From a virus (taxonomy: Duplodnaviria; Caudoviricetes), in the IMG/VR virus record IMGVR_UViG_3300047476_002354, positions 1 to 55,392 of that record: a DNA stretch of 55,392 nucleotides; one strand, 5' to 3'. A program made the position numbers and the translations under genes. A model generated the notes under the pieces. That model made no database searches. It was not told where the DNA came from and saw only the letters and a program-made list of their open reading frames with translations. This document shows, piece by piece, positions 29,201 through 36,708 of this stretch; position 1 is the stretch's first letter, and every line of letters starts with the position of its first letter.

Positions 29201-29390
29201 CTAACTGATTTGTTCTATAATCTGAAAGTTTATATACTTCCCAGCCTGATAAAATTCCAGGCCCAACAAATTTAAAAAGAGCTTGCAGTTGGTTTTCTGA
29301 TGTAAGCATATTTTGCTTATCAAACAGTGGGTACCACTTGTCGCCATATTCTAAGTAAAGGTAATTATATGTATTTGTTCTTTGAGACAT
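20208..29390 (-). CDS. Giant (3060 aa) modular virion/tail adhesin-like protein
   Basis: Two tail-fibre ATxANITLS..DG..RVLV..Q..NGVY modules, Asp-box repeats (SSDFGDNW, SLDEGNTF, SIDSGDTW), a split VWA domain (DDSSS...FADG...TFGFG), and two C-terminal Ig-like repeats (..W...V.PSDG..TG). No signal peptide. Confidence 0.75.
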   Translation of the reverse strand: MSQRTNTYNYLYLEYGDKWYPLFDKQNMLTSENQLQALFKFVGPGILSGWEVYKLSDYRTNQLALIDAYLTNYESELGQRLSYLNLNFAREISTNKRYCEVATNANITLSNLQTVDGVSLVDGDRVLVRLQTDPSQNGVYIVKDEASWVRAAELNNSSDYSDNFLVYVKGGNNSTQTLWLATWTADSSETSFTLNTSNLFFFDAFEQCVLVTPGTGIVSTFSAKTEKYNYFRYTGFNTYYVWAEPSICLQSEGICAITSPQNPDEEYYLQNDAIYLAEASTTNRVDTDYSITQNVYVIDEVTYSDSRNEVKNLSGQFQQALRKAFYKHVHSGTEGNPSKIDLSSRVVLDALPLDSNNQLNYASNIFKIQSNPNFNPVPTSGTATTIGYFGLPEVRLNDVKLDSSLYNLNLSSSTISLKNNLDSSDRLQIYLPKSPQKKLLPISLSETNKSYGSLLSGSLVAGASIFLTDGTTTSITDANTNTTTIYYNLFVWSNTDYIPARVYINGILVDEDYYEINPFAGELIIKSSLPDIEAFTYANLYVVVEKVGIQIEGKLAGSRLKDVDAASFNAGTLDQKRIVNLDHIGINRYKNQASLVPSLRLFAEGNHTFFYPEIPNSDLQNISEIYHINKSLNVDAGKYLVGNKRGLISSTDFSSGTYQTGWNIDKGRVSYFIDNILHPESFNYFKTTYALTKEGRVWTSSDFGDNWTVVKNPIDTSLSNPILSTAFYLSTDREEIYNSAGRFTGYKYSYFSYMGTDDGLYTAQIADKLTENDWAWTKVKNINNESGIALTGLSPISSVTEISTRRTKTLEGSAPQISYDRTVYASGSIGNSGLYYGSLGSLNRVFAQPVRGIYWIKDGSTGINKNDLIWWTEQDVYITHTAEYVETSDETTSYTYWNHPLSGSITSKPVKAATTVKLSGTYSSLSDPHTLTFKPYDEETLGFVNVSTGSTIVSGLNTKFTDYAGTGVSIGIGFTVGADVTAWYSIDSIFSDSRIYLDSAYSGSSTASTSYVMLYPKAAFAIDDYTYTTTGTGQSVLVKNQPNSAHNGVYYVSTLGNSTTNWALSRSGISGTVAGENVSVVNGTKNSDSIWFVDKNSGTITLGTSELNFYITKYKLFSASGLGGTITSIAFRNYANSNDYIIGHTKGVGLATDTTGPGINPQSRNLYWDSTLQGEVNTVYSVAASNSGLGYIYAGTNRGVYVSTDFVWNETYVNPETNHPWTRAYDAFRNSDEVSIFNAQDSVQEYNFNKYYQYQLIKLNAAASYGKSFTFERDYRIFYVKPWSSTNAKVIVYIGKKPSTIPYILAPELGKIEFTSSLKAAQINDVFITIIREGAFLFNTGETYHEEVVRDLVSDSLPITTLSKANAPSETVFFTKQPIAETSLTILQFKVPKSNPVISEQCIVNIVYDDKTKIYTNNIIPRASAYTFPVNTEVYAVRTKKYLGIQDYISKKQTNQAYNFNSLNVSNTSDIVLRLGNGDQTYFDPYPTVSNKSIEKETGLKNLIFTNDIDDDNFDNEATSNTDFIGLVPSVDDRADAPVASYVIYNPSSLGENMYIGTDRGLWKYFNHYDVVSHLGSASRVYYIKNNTTNTINIGTDAGLWTGSTSDDIYTLNPSFTQAQFDYLNGAWFDGTFEAYAKEDGVSFVWIPNGATQFQSDHVTLVDKFRVNGLYKDKFIKITTDSQGNAKQTETDALYVCAENGLFAVTNGASANTQLTAFLTGREVFGGKVNGYKYYKIFRPLATPPATKAPVPMFILTNNGLLKVRNWRWLDPADANTPDFVIENRYLEGLSCNCFALDTEASPGGSAPGKSKIYIGTNNGVYRSLDEGNTFEKCERINGGLTAVYDLKVFTSSGTGDQVLLAATEFGLWYSIDSGDTWFDPGFETEEIGSVVSFTGRPNNHLDFGEGITLGGKIGQSFIVGTGQTLLQKAAAHLEVKTFLSSDVRYQTSFANNTVRGYLYSVNSDGIPLSIVATSSTVYNPVDITSSTFVNFDFNYSTSIGSTIAFVVSEEVTSGGIQLMQWTKSSRYNPYADGKSWSFASAWSYAQLSPDIDIFFKVYFVNPLTPTDTIVPVGTYTASGTTTSYWNLGTSSGVIVKDNGSLTTDIKFATSMVFDDSSSIKSSIGSTQYELTIKDFFSTLSNRTRKYVSSLSSNLDTTYFDFWQYGTSIQQKTGTGYTNTTALFDKNILSLKQKGTKSELLETVGISVVGLSPQSISEAILKTDDEINNISRVNKVVSYLSQINSLRLNDLRTWYSNSSKKQIGLVRWSGTSNTSLTIYLSKSSTGGTYTWSSSDYPNVEVNVSGTIRTSNYTVTPSLGRLVFSSGFGMTSGDVLNVYLRQDWDGTASDIKNSDTARTELIRQWSETYKPLSFVFADGDNISTDLSEDVISAANAAWNDSGVNINTFGFGRAHDPINLQKLSVNTNGKHFDILNGEDNGDLENSLGSFLQGQSNDVFNASWSRTIEYDEPTYIKSIYGDFSAASGSTVSVRFRWANDRQNYSSWITLISGTGYTFKKEVTNIEYSISMLEGWSGSAVIRPEVTSLYHVVTTPAVKTMITQPYDIKGSIFEYNLTTNVSLPENAKMQWGICRGDSHDWEDYELITTNRNACLSNRQVTFQYTDEVVYSTSTGLTLIDISGVNDLNEPLIPQVLQTYYNGLVFKNWRSDAIITVYEADGKTEIDPKNYKTNFINGTISFEIPVLITTPVKITYPERQSNYYGEPTFTIDNKTYFAVNGRWPFDSQVVILINGSITRGDYFLDREDGAVTFYNELERTDTVTIFVLPSNKFRIGVEIKEYDQAVTNIYGYALQYSTVKNADVFSSFVNTTQPYLLSVPQITSTSSVGSSISINERMTLNYDFYSPDGNREQKTQTKWYRYREVLGVGTTTEVHSSNSLPNYRNRTVERIADLSGNDDVFLAGDVVFAVVSPSDGFKTGVGVTSRSVILNDNSAPYISNLVLASNDPNNSIILDSITGTYTMSSGASIIASYDYYNGESGSPTTVNNRSSIQWLDKDKPLSIESPTVTLSSEYVKSGSIISVLITPSDGVDTGLAVRSVDVQIL

Positions 29391-29391
29391 T

Positions 29392-32300
29392 TTACAATTC
29401 TGGCATAAACTTCATATCTTCATCACCAGCATCTAGTTGAACAGCAAAGTCATAAACAATCGAAGGATCGCCATCAATAGAGGTTAATAAGATTGCAAAT
29501 TTTATGGTTGATGAAGGAGTGTCGAGTTCAAAAGTTTTATTTGGCTCTATAACGGTGTAACGACCAAAGTCGTATTTATAACCGTCTCTATCATCTGTTG
29601 TATACCCATAAACAATCTCTCCATCCTTTTTGTCTTGGTTAGAAGTTAACAAGCCTCTTCTAAATGTAGGTGTAGGAATTGTTGTACTGTAATCTTCAGT
29701 ATTAAATGTATTTGTAAAGAAGTAAGAGCCTGATGCTGCCTTATATGTGATAGTAACTGCCTTGACTTCTGGAGTATCTCCTTGAGTTGCTGATATAAGC
29801 TCTAAATAATATTGAATAAACTTTCCACTATATGCTTGTAAATCGATAGTAAGAGTTTCAGCTGTTAAAGGCGTTGCGCTATTATTGATGTAGGATTTAG
29901 AGTAAGCTTCACTCCAAGGTGTTGTAAAGCAACCTTCGGAGGTGTCTGATGTTCTTACATAGACATTAATTCCTGTACCTGCATCAAGTCCAAGGGCAGT
30001 ATTTGTGTGATACTCATTAAGAACTAGCACAGTCATTGTGGTCCATTGGGAAAGAGTTGGAACATAAAATGGCTGATTTACATAACTTCCTGTGGATCTT
30101 ACCTTTCTCTTTGGTGAATATATTGCATCAGTTACACTAGGAATGTACGTAATTGGTGTAACTGAAGAGCTCATTTCAGGTTTAACTTGATAAATAACAC
30201 CCTTCAAGGTAGTATTTGTATCACCACCACCGCCACTACCACCACCATCACCGCCATCCGATGGTGTTACATTTAAGGTGCCGGTATAGGAAGCTAAACC
30301 TAAAGTTGCAGTAACAATAGTACTTAATACTGTAGAAGCCACGTTTGTATTAACTGTAACATTAAATGTTGCAGATAAACTATTTGCTGGAACAGTTACA
30401 CTCGATACGCTTGCGGTAGAATTGCCATCAGTTGTTATTGTGTATATCGATGTAGTATTTACACTTGTTGGTAAACGTAAAGTCGCAACCGCAGTACTTC
30501 CAGCCAAAACAGACGTTGGAGCAAAGGTTATGTACCCAAGGCCTGGAATGATATTATCTTCTCCTCCTGTGTCCCCTTGGAAAATAAAATCATTCAAAGA
30601 CTCATAAGGCACTGTTCCATCTGAAAGTCTATAGTTATGATAGTTGCCTGCTTCATCTTTTAATCTTACATAGGCATATCTTTTCGTTGTTTCGTAAAAT
30701 GATGGGTCAAAAGTATAAGAACTTCCATCCAACCCACTTCCTAAGTAAGAATTGACTAAATTATTTACTGAAGTAATAGCATTAGGTTTATAAAAATAAT
30801 CTGCACTGACAGCTATAAAATTATTGAAAGCTGAAGCCGTATCTTTCCATAATAAAGATACTTTTGGTATATAAGTGGAGGATTCTTTAACAGCAACCTC
30901 AAGTTTAATAGGGTAATATATGTCTTGAACTAAATCGACTGTCTGAATAGCCAAATTTTCAGTCAATGTATTTGTTGTTACATTATTTTCAGAAGACCAT
31001 AGTGATGCTGCAGTAAGGGTTGTGCCATTACCAGTCAGCCTTACATTAGTATTAGTATCGACTTGGAATTGATAACTTGCTGTGGATGGAGCCTTTATAG
31101 CTCCCTCAAAAACAACAGTGTAATAAGAAGAGCCTATACCTGAAGGTTTAGAAGTTGTGATATTAAACTCATTTATTGCGGTACTTTGATTTGCTATTGT
31201 GATGAAAGAATAATCTCTATCGTTTTTATAATCCGTGGAACCAGACGCTGCAAATTGCTTCCAAGTTAATTGCAATCCAGGATTACTGTATTTTGGATAG
31301 GTCAAAGTCTTAACTATATCTAATGATTTGACATAGCTAAACAAACCACTATCAGTTGAAATAAATAAGAATTTTCCTGAGCTATCGTCATTCAAATTAT
31401 ATATATTAGCAGCAGTAGTGTCATGAATTTTAACCCAAGAGGCTGGATTGTTATTTGAGTCATATACAAGCCTCCATACCTGACCACCATTAAATCCAAC
31501 AACTATAGTATTAAAAGTGGTTGAATAAATCATCGACTGAACTTGATCAAATTCGGCAGGAGTGGTTCGACTAAAATCAACCCCGTTGTATCTGAAGATA
31601 CTTGCTTGCAGAGTGCCAGTCTTGCCAGCGGTTCCTACAAATAATATTCCCCTATCACTTGCCAAAGCTGAAATTTTCTCTTCGGTGAAATCAGTTTTGA
31701 TTGCAGTAAATTTTTTATCAAAAAACTTGTAAACACTTGCACTCTTAGTTGTAGTTTTTTTAGTTCCAACATACAATGCACCACCATGTGACACTAGTGC
31801 AGTAACTGGTGGTAACAATTTATATTGTGAAGAATCAAGCGGGTTTTTCTGATTTATTATTGTCCAGTAATCTCCCTGAGAAGATTGATAGATATATCCC
31901 AATTCAGTTCCAACATAGACTACAGAATTGTGAACTGCAACAGTACTGATCGTATCTCCAGTAGATGTAAGGTCGAGATTTAGTGCGGGCCTTTGTGCTG
32001 TTCCTTGCGCAACTGAAGCATTTTGATAAGATGCCATTACCATCTGATTGGATATTGGAGCTGATCTTAAAAAACCTAAAGTAGAAACATTATCAAGTTT
32101 TTCCCAAAGTTTTGATTGATTAGTTATGTTCCAATCATAAACAGAAGCGCCTTCAGTAAACGGAGCCCAAGCCCTTGTATCAACATTTTCAAACTCATCA
32201 GCATCTCTAAAATCTGAAAAATGAGAGGCTTGAACTGCGACAACATCTGACCATTCATCAATACCCGCAATAGTAAGGGTGCCTGCTTCAATATTGGCTA

Positions 32301-33777
32301 GAAGGTCCCCACGATAACCTATCCTAATATTTGAAAATCTTGTAGGGGTATTAAACTTGTATCGAATAAAATCTGTTGTTGTGGAACTAGCAGAATTGTA
32401 ATACAAAGTTGTCCATGATGATTTGGGTGTCAATTTTGTTTCTACAATATAGCTTTTAGTTTTAGATGCAGTGATACCAATATTTAAAGCTTGGACTAAT
32501 GGGTATAAACCAGTTTCAGCATCTGGAGTCAAATACATGTTGAGAAAATAAGCATCACCGGCGCCAATTTTTTCGTATTGTGATGTGTTGGTACTACCAC
32601 CAAAATTAGTTGCTTGATATAAATTTTTTCCAATTATATCTTGCGCCATAATATCCGAAGCAATTGATTCACCATCAGAACTAGTTCCAACAAGTTTTAA
32701 GTATCCTATTTGCTTTTGAGCCAACCTTCTCCAAGAGTTAGATTCGTAAACAGCATAATTTAATGTGTCATCATTCTTTACATAAATACTTATGGCACCA
32801 GATGATGTCACACCCGACTTAGTTATAGGTTCAAATGATAAAACAATCCAATATGTCGTTTGTGCTGACAATGTAACAGGAACTAAAGGTGTTAAACTAT
32901 ATTCTTGATAGCTAGTTGTTAATGTATCGTATTGAATTACGCCTAACTCTACTATTTGAGTGTTCGGAATATCACCTGATGTATTGGAATATAATGAAAC
33001 AGTCACTCTACCTGTTTGATTACCTATAGCAGGGGTTGGGGGAGTGAGTTGATTTGATTTTAATTGAATTGCAAATGAAGTAACTCTTTGCTCTGTGCTT
33101 GAAACAAACTGCCATCCTTCGATTGCTGAAGTTGTAAGCGCCAAGCTTCTATCACTAAATCCAGAGGTGGTGGAATCTAAAGGTGCGTAAGCAGCAAATG
33201 TTCTTACATCAATACCACCAGATGATACTGATTCGTTAACAATGACTAGCCCTTCAGGAGGTTTTGTGTCTAGAATTACTTCAGCAAAAGGATACGTGAG
33301 TTCTTTTTTAAATAAATCGGTTGAGTCACTAAAAAATCCTGTGTCATTACCGATTACAACTTCACCATTGTCTAGGCCGGTATTCCATTCACCTGGATCA
33401 AAATATTTATTCTCTGCACTGTTATTAATGGACAAAGTAAATAATGATAGGTCTGTAATTGAAGTAGTTGAATTGTCAGTTAAGTTGCCACCAAAATATT
33501 TTACTTTAACTATGTCTGTGGGTTTAATTCTGACATATGTTTTAAGAACTACCGTGGATTTTTGAGTCGATGATCCTGAAGAGTTTTGAATATAAGCACT
33601 TTTAACTGAAATCGGGATATCATTGACAAAAATATAAAAGCCTTCAATTTCTACTGCAGGAAGTAATGGTAAAGACAATACACCGCTCAAAGTTACATAA
33701 ATAGTATAGCCATCAGATGCAACATAAGAGCTTGAGCTAAATGTAACTGTAAAAGCATTGAACAAGTTTTCTTCCAT
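29392..33777 (-). CDS. Large modular virion protein (SwmB-like, propeller, PA14 domains)
   Basis: N-terminal SwmB-like repeat, beta-propeller blades, PA14-like segment (FEGAIKAPSTASYQFQV...DLVQDIYYPIKLE), Gly-rich linker GGDGGGSGGGG. Confidence 0.7.
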   Translation of the reverse strand: MEENLFNAFTVTFSSSSYVASDGYTIYVTLSGVLSLPLLPAVEIEGFYIFVNDIPISVKSAYIQNSSGSSTQKSTVVLKTYVRIKPTDIVKVKYFGGNLTDNSTTSITDLSLFTLSINNSAENKYFDPGEWNTGLDNGEVVIGNDTGFFSDSTDLFKKELTYPFAEVILDTKPPEGLVIVNESVSSGGIDVRTFAAYAPLDSTTSGFSDRSLALTTSAIEGWQFVSSTEQRVTSFAIQLKSNQLTPPTPAIGNQTGRVTVSLYSNTSGDIPNTQIVELGVIQYDTLTTSYQEYSLTPLVPVTLSAQTTYWIVLSFEPITKSGVTSSGAISIYVKNDDTLNYAVYESNSWRRLAQKQIGYLKLVGTSSDGESIASDIMAQDIIGKNLYQATNFGGSTNTSQYEKIGAGDAYFLNMYLTPDAETGLYPLVQALNIGITASKTKSYIVETKLTPKSSWTTLYYNSASSTTTDFIRYKFNTPTRFSNIRIGYRGDLLANIEAGTLTIAGIDEWSDVVAVQASHFSDFRDADEFENVDTRAWAPFTEGASVYDWNITNQSKLWEKLDNVSTLGFLRSAPISNQMVMASYQNASVAQGTAQRPALNLDLTSTGDTISTVAVHNSVVYVGTELGYIYQSSQGDYWTIINQKNPLDSSQYKLLPPVTALVSHGGALYVGTKKTTTKSASVYKFFDKKFTAIKTDFTEEKISALASDRGILFVGTAGKTGTLQASIFRYNGVDFSRTTPAEFDQVQSMIYSTTFNTIVVGFNGGQVWRLVYDSNNNPASWVKIHDTTAANIYNLNDDSSGKFLFISTDSGLFSYVKSLDIVKTLTYPKYSNPGLQLTWKQFAASGSTDYKNDRDYSFITIANQSTAINEFNITTSKPSGIGSSYYTVVFEGAIKAPSTASYQFQVDTNTNVRLTGNGTTLTAASLWSSENNVTTNTLTENLAIQTVDLVQDIYYPIKLEVAVKESSTYIPKVSLLWKDTASAFNNFIAVSADYFYKPNAITSVNNLVNSYLGSGLDGSSYTFDPSFYETTKRYAYVRLKDEAGNYHNYRLSDGTVPYESLNDFIFQGDTGGEDNIIPGLGYITFAPTSVLAGSTAVATLRLPTSVNTTSIYTITTDGNSTASVSSVTVPANSLSATFNVTVNTNVASTVLSTIVTATLGLASYTGTLNVTPSDGGDGGGSGGGGDTNTTLKGVIYQVKPEMSSSVTPITYIPSVTDAIYSPKRKVRSTGSYVNQPFYVPTLSQWTTMTVLVLNEYHTNTALGLDAGTGINVYVRTSDTSEGCFTTPWSEAYSKSYINNSATPLTAETLTIDLQAYSGKFIQYYLELISATQGDTPEVKAVTITYKAASGSYFFTNTFNTEDYSTTIPTPTFRRGLLTSNQDKKDGEIVYGYTTDDRDGYKYDFGRYTVIEPNKTFELDTPSSTIKFAILLTSIDGDPSIVYDFAVQLDAGDEDMKFMPEL

Positions 33778-33782
33778 TATTT

Positions 33783-36698
33783 TTATCTATTAGGATTATA
33801 TTTGATAGAACCATATTGACCACTCAAGTAAAATGATTGATTATAACTCTTAGCTGTCAACGCTCTGATAATGCCTAAAATATCTCCAGTATTAGAATCT
33901 ATTTTTCTTATAAACTGTGCTTCTTCTTTTTTCCAGGTTTCATTTGTGGCTTCGTACTTAAAAATCTTAATTTGCCTGTCATCTGGATTGTCTGAAATTT
34001 TATTTGTATTTAAACCATCACATACAGCATAAAGAGCACCATCGTGAAATGTCAAAATTCGTACTCCGCCAGATGATGGGAATCTAACAGTATTATGCAA
34101 TTCTAATATTTTTTTACTTGTAGGGTTATAAGTCTCACCTGCAATAAATCTCAATCTAGTGTAACCAAATAGAGATTCATCATTTTCTGGGCTAAGTTTT
34201 CCTATTTTTATTTTTGGTGCATCATAATCAGCAACTGAAGTTTTATATGTATCAGCAACAATAAAATTTTTCATGTTAATGGCTGGGTAGGTCTGATTTC
34301 CTAACCAAACTTGAATGTCTTTGTCTTGTGTTGTAATTCTGACAGTTGAAGGAAATAGATTTATATTAAAATAGCTATTAGTATTTACAAATTGAATATA
34401 ATCGATATATGCATTTAATGGTCTTTTATCTTGTTCTGGCAAGCCTTCCAATTCAATTGCAATTTGCTTGATATTTCCATACCAATTTGGAGCCAACTCA
34501 TACAAAATAAAATCAGAACTATTTTTGATATCAGTTGAAACCCAATTGTCAAAAGTTCCGTTACCATAAAGCCAACTAAACCTAACCTTGCCTGAATTTA
34601 CTACTAAACCGGATGGAGCTACTATTTTAAGCTTAATCAAAACTTTTGTATTTATATCTACAGATATATTGACATTTGAATTGGTAATTCTTGGACTTCC
34701 TGTTTTGCCTAACTCATCAAGAAAAAGAGCATTTGTCACCTTTGCCGTTCCATCAGGTAAAAACTCAGAAAGTGATTCTACGGAAAGGTTTGTAAAATAA
34801 CCAGCGTTAACCCATTCAGATGTGCTTCTCTTATCATAAAAATTCCAGTTTTTCAAAAATCCATACGTAGGAAGAGTTTTCGTTACAGTATTATTCCCAC
34901 TTGTAAGCCTGATGTTGCTAGAATTAAATTCGAGTTTGTATTGTCTGTAGCCATCAGAAACCTCAATACCTTGATATCCTAATGGATTTTCTTGTATGTC
35001 AACATATCCAGAGCTACCAAAAAATACATCATTGCCTATCCAGTAAGGTTCAGCATCCTCATTTGAATATTTTTTGAATCCAGCATTAAACATTTCGACT
35101 TCAATAGTATGAGCTGGTTTGTAAAAATTAAACACATTATTTTCAATATCAGATACATTTAGTAAAAATCTTGAGTTGGAGTTGACATATCCATTTGAAA
35201 TTAAAAATCCAACTCTTTGTGATGATGCTGTATTGAAATTGGCTCTTACAAAACTATAACTTCCATTAGAATAAAATAGAGTATATACTCCGTTTTGAGA
35301 AGTGGACGTTTGATCCTTTATCAATATTGACGAGCCCTCTTTGGTTTGAAATCCATCAATAATTGGAGGAGAAGATAAACTCAATGAAATGTTTTCAGTA
35401 GTAGCGCAATCTACTTCATTGTAAGGGAGTTGTGTTTGTGTCTTATCTAATATTTGCTCCCAATCACTACCTATTGAAAACTCGAATGCAGTTTCAGAGT
35501 TTGTAGCCCCAGTTAACAAAACTGCAGATTTCAAAGAACTTGGCGATGAGAAATCTGTTAAAAATGTATGGCTTACATTTGAGTTTAAGCGAGAATTAGT
35601 CACTCCACCCTTTGAATAAAATTGAGCTGGAGCTGGATCATCTACAAAATTTCTGTCGAATACTTGAGTTGACCATTCTTCATCATTCAATGGATTGTTT
35701 ATAGGCACTTCGGAATATGCCCAAACTTCAGGCCTATCCGAAATACCAGCAAAAACTTGGTTATTTCCTTTTTCAATACACTGTATGTCAATGTTAGAGT
35801 CAGAAATATCTGCTATATTGTCTGGAATTAAACTATTTACCACTACAACAGAGTTTTCATTTAAAATTTGAGTATTTTCATCAGAGCTAAATGTTTCAGG
35901 GCCAATAACTTCTAAAGAAGGCTGGAGTTCAAAAGTAGCATACTGATTGTTTTTTAATCCCATAAAAACTTTATTATATGTAAAAGTCATTGAAAGAATG
36001 CCACCAGGGCTTGTGCCAATTGCTGACAAATGTTCCCATGTATTTCCATATTTGGCTTCTGACAACTTTGCTCTAAATAAATTTGGGTCTGTATCTGAAC
36101 CAACATATAGATAAGGCTCTGTCTCATGTGCAAATTGACCTATTGTCATAGACGCAGCAGGCAAAGGATCGTTAATAAGCAGTTCAAATATTTCTTTAAT
36201 TTTAATGCCATCATAAAACCAAATCTTTCCTGATGAACCGCCAAGAAATAGACCATCTGAATTTGATTCTACACTTAAAATAGCTCTTTCATTTTGATAA
36301 GTGAAGTCAATTAAAAATTGAGGAGATTCTTGGTTTCTCTTCCAAATTGATGCAACGTTTTTAACGACAGATGCGGTAATTGCTGACGGGTTGGAAACAG
36401 GAGAGGCTGGATCAAAAACTAATAATCCTTTAGAATCATCAACTCCAAAATTTACACCAGAACTTATACCTGTTAAAGTAATTATGTCAGTTTCTTTAAG
36501 TTTTATTTGTCTATTTTTAGAACCAGAATCTTGTGAAATTAAGTAATACGCAGTATTAGCAGCATAATCTGGATCGTTGCTATTTTGTAAATATGCCAAA
36601 CTGTATTTTGTTTGAGTAATACCAATTAAATACAGCATATCTTCTGTATCAAATTTACTCTTCCAAACAATACTTTTATTAAAAATTGTATTACTCAT
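33783..36698 (-). CDS. Large virion protein with propeller, tail-fibre repeat and CBM-like domain
   Basis: Propeller-type GLFLGGSSGKIWFYDG; CATTENISLS...IDG...SILIKDQ...QNGVY module. Confidence 0.65.
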   Translation of the reverse strand: MSNTIFNKSIVWKSKFDTEDMLYLIGITQTKYSLAYLQNSNDPDYAANTAYYLISQDSGSKNRQIKLKETDIITLTGISSGVNFGVDDSKGLLVFDPASPVSNPSAITASVVKNVASIWKRNQESPQFLIDFTYQNERAILSVESNSDGLFLGGSSGKIWFYDGIKIKEIFELLINDPLPAASMTIGQFAHETEPYLYVGSDTDPNLFRAKLSEAKYGNTWEHLSAIGTSPGGILSMTFTYNKVFMGLKNNQYATFELQPSLEVIGPETFSSDENTQILNENSVVVVNSLIPDNIADISDSNIDIQCIEKGNNQVFAGISDRPEVWAYSEVPINNPLNDEEWSTQVFDRNFVDDPAPAQFYSKGGVTNSRLNSNVSHTFLTDFSSPSSLKSAVLLTGATNSETAFEFSIGSDWEQILDKTQTQLPYNEVDCATTENISLSLSSPPIIDGFQTKEGSSILIKDQTSTSQNGVYTLFYSNGSYSFVRANFNTASSQRVGFLISNGYVNSNSRFLLNVSDIENNVFNFYKPAHTIEVEMFNAGFKKYSNEDAEPYWIGNDVFFGSSGYVDIQENPLGYQGIEVSDGYRQYKLEFNSSNIRLTSGNNTVTKTLPTYGFLKNWNFYDKRSTSEWVNAGYFTNLSVESLSEFLPDGTAKVTNALFLDELGKTGSPRITNSNVNISVDINTKVLIKLKIVAPSGLVVNSGKVRFSWLYGNGTFDNWVSTDIKNSSDFILYELAPNWYGNIKQIAIELEGLPEQDKRPLNAYIDYIQFVNTNSYFNINLFPSTVRITTQDKDIQVWLGNQTYPAINMKNFIVADTYKTSVADYDAPKIKIGKLSPENDESLFGYTRLRFIAGETYNPTSKKILELHNTVRFPSSGGVRILTFHDGALYAVCDGLNTNKISDNPDDRQIKIFKYEATNETWKKEEAQFIRKIDSNTGDILGIIRALTAKSYNQSFYLSGQYGSIKYNPNR

Positions 36699-36708
36699 TT
36701 TATGCTCA

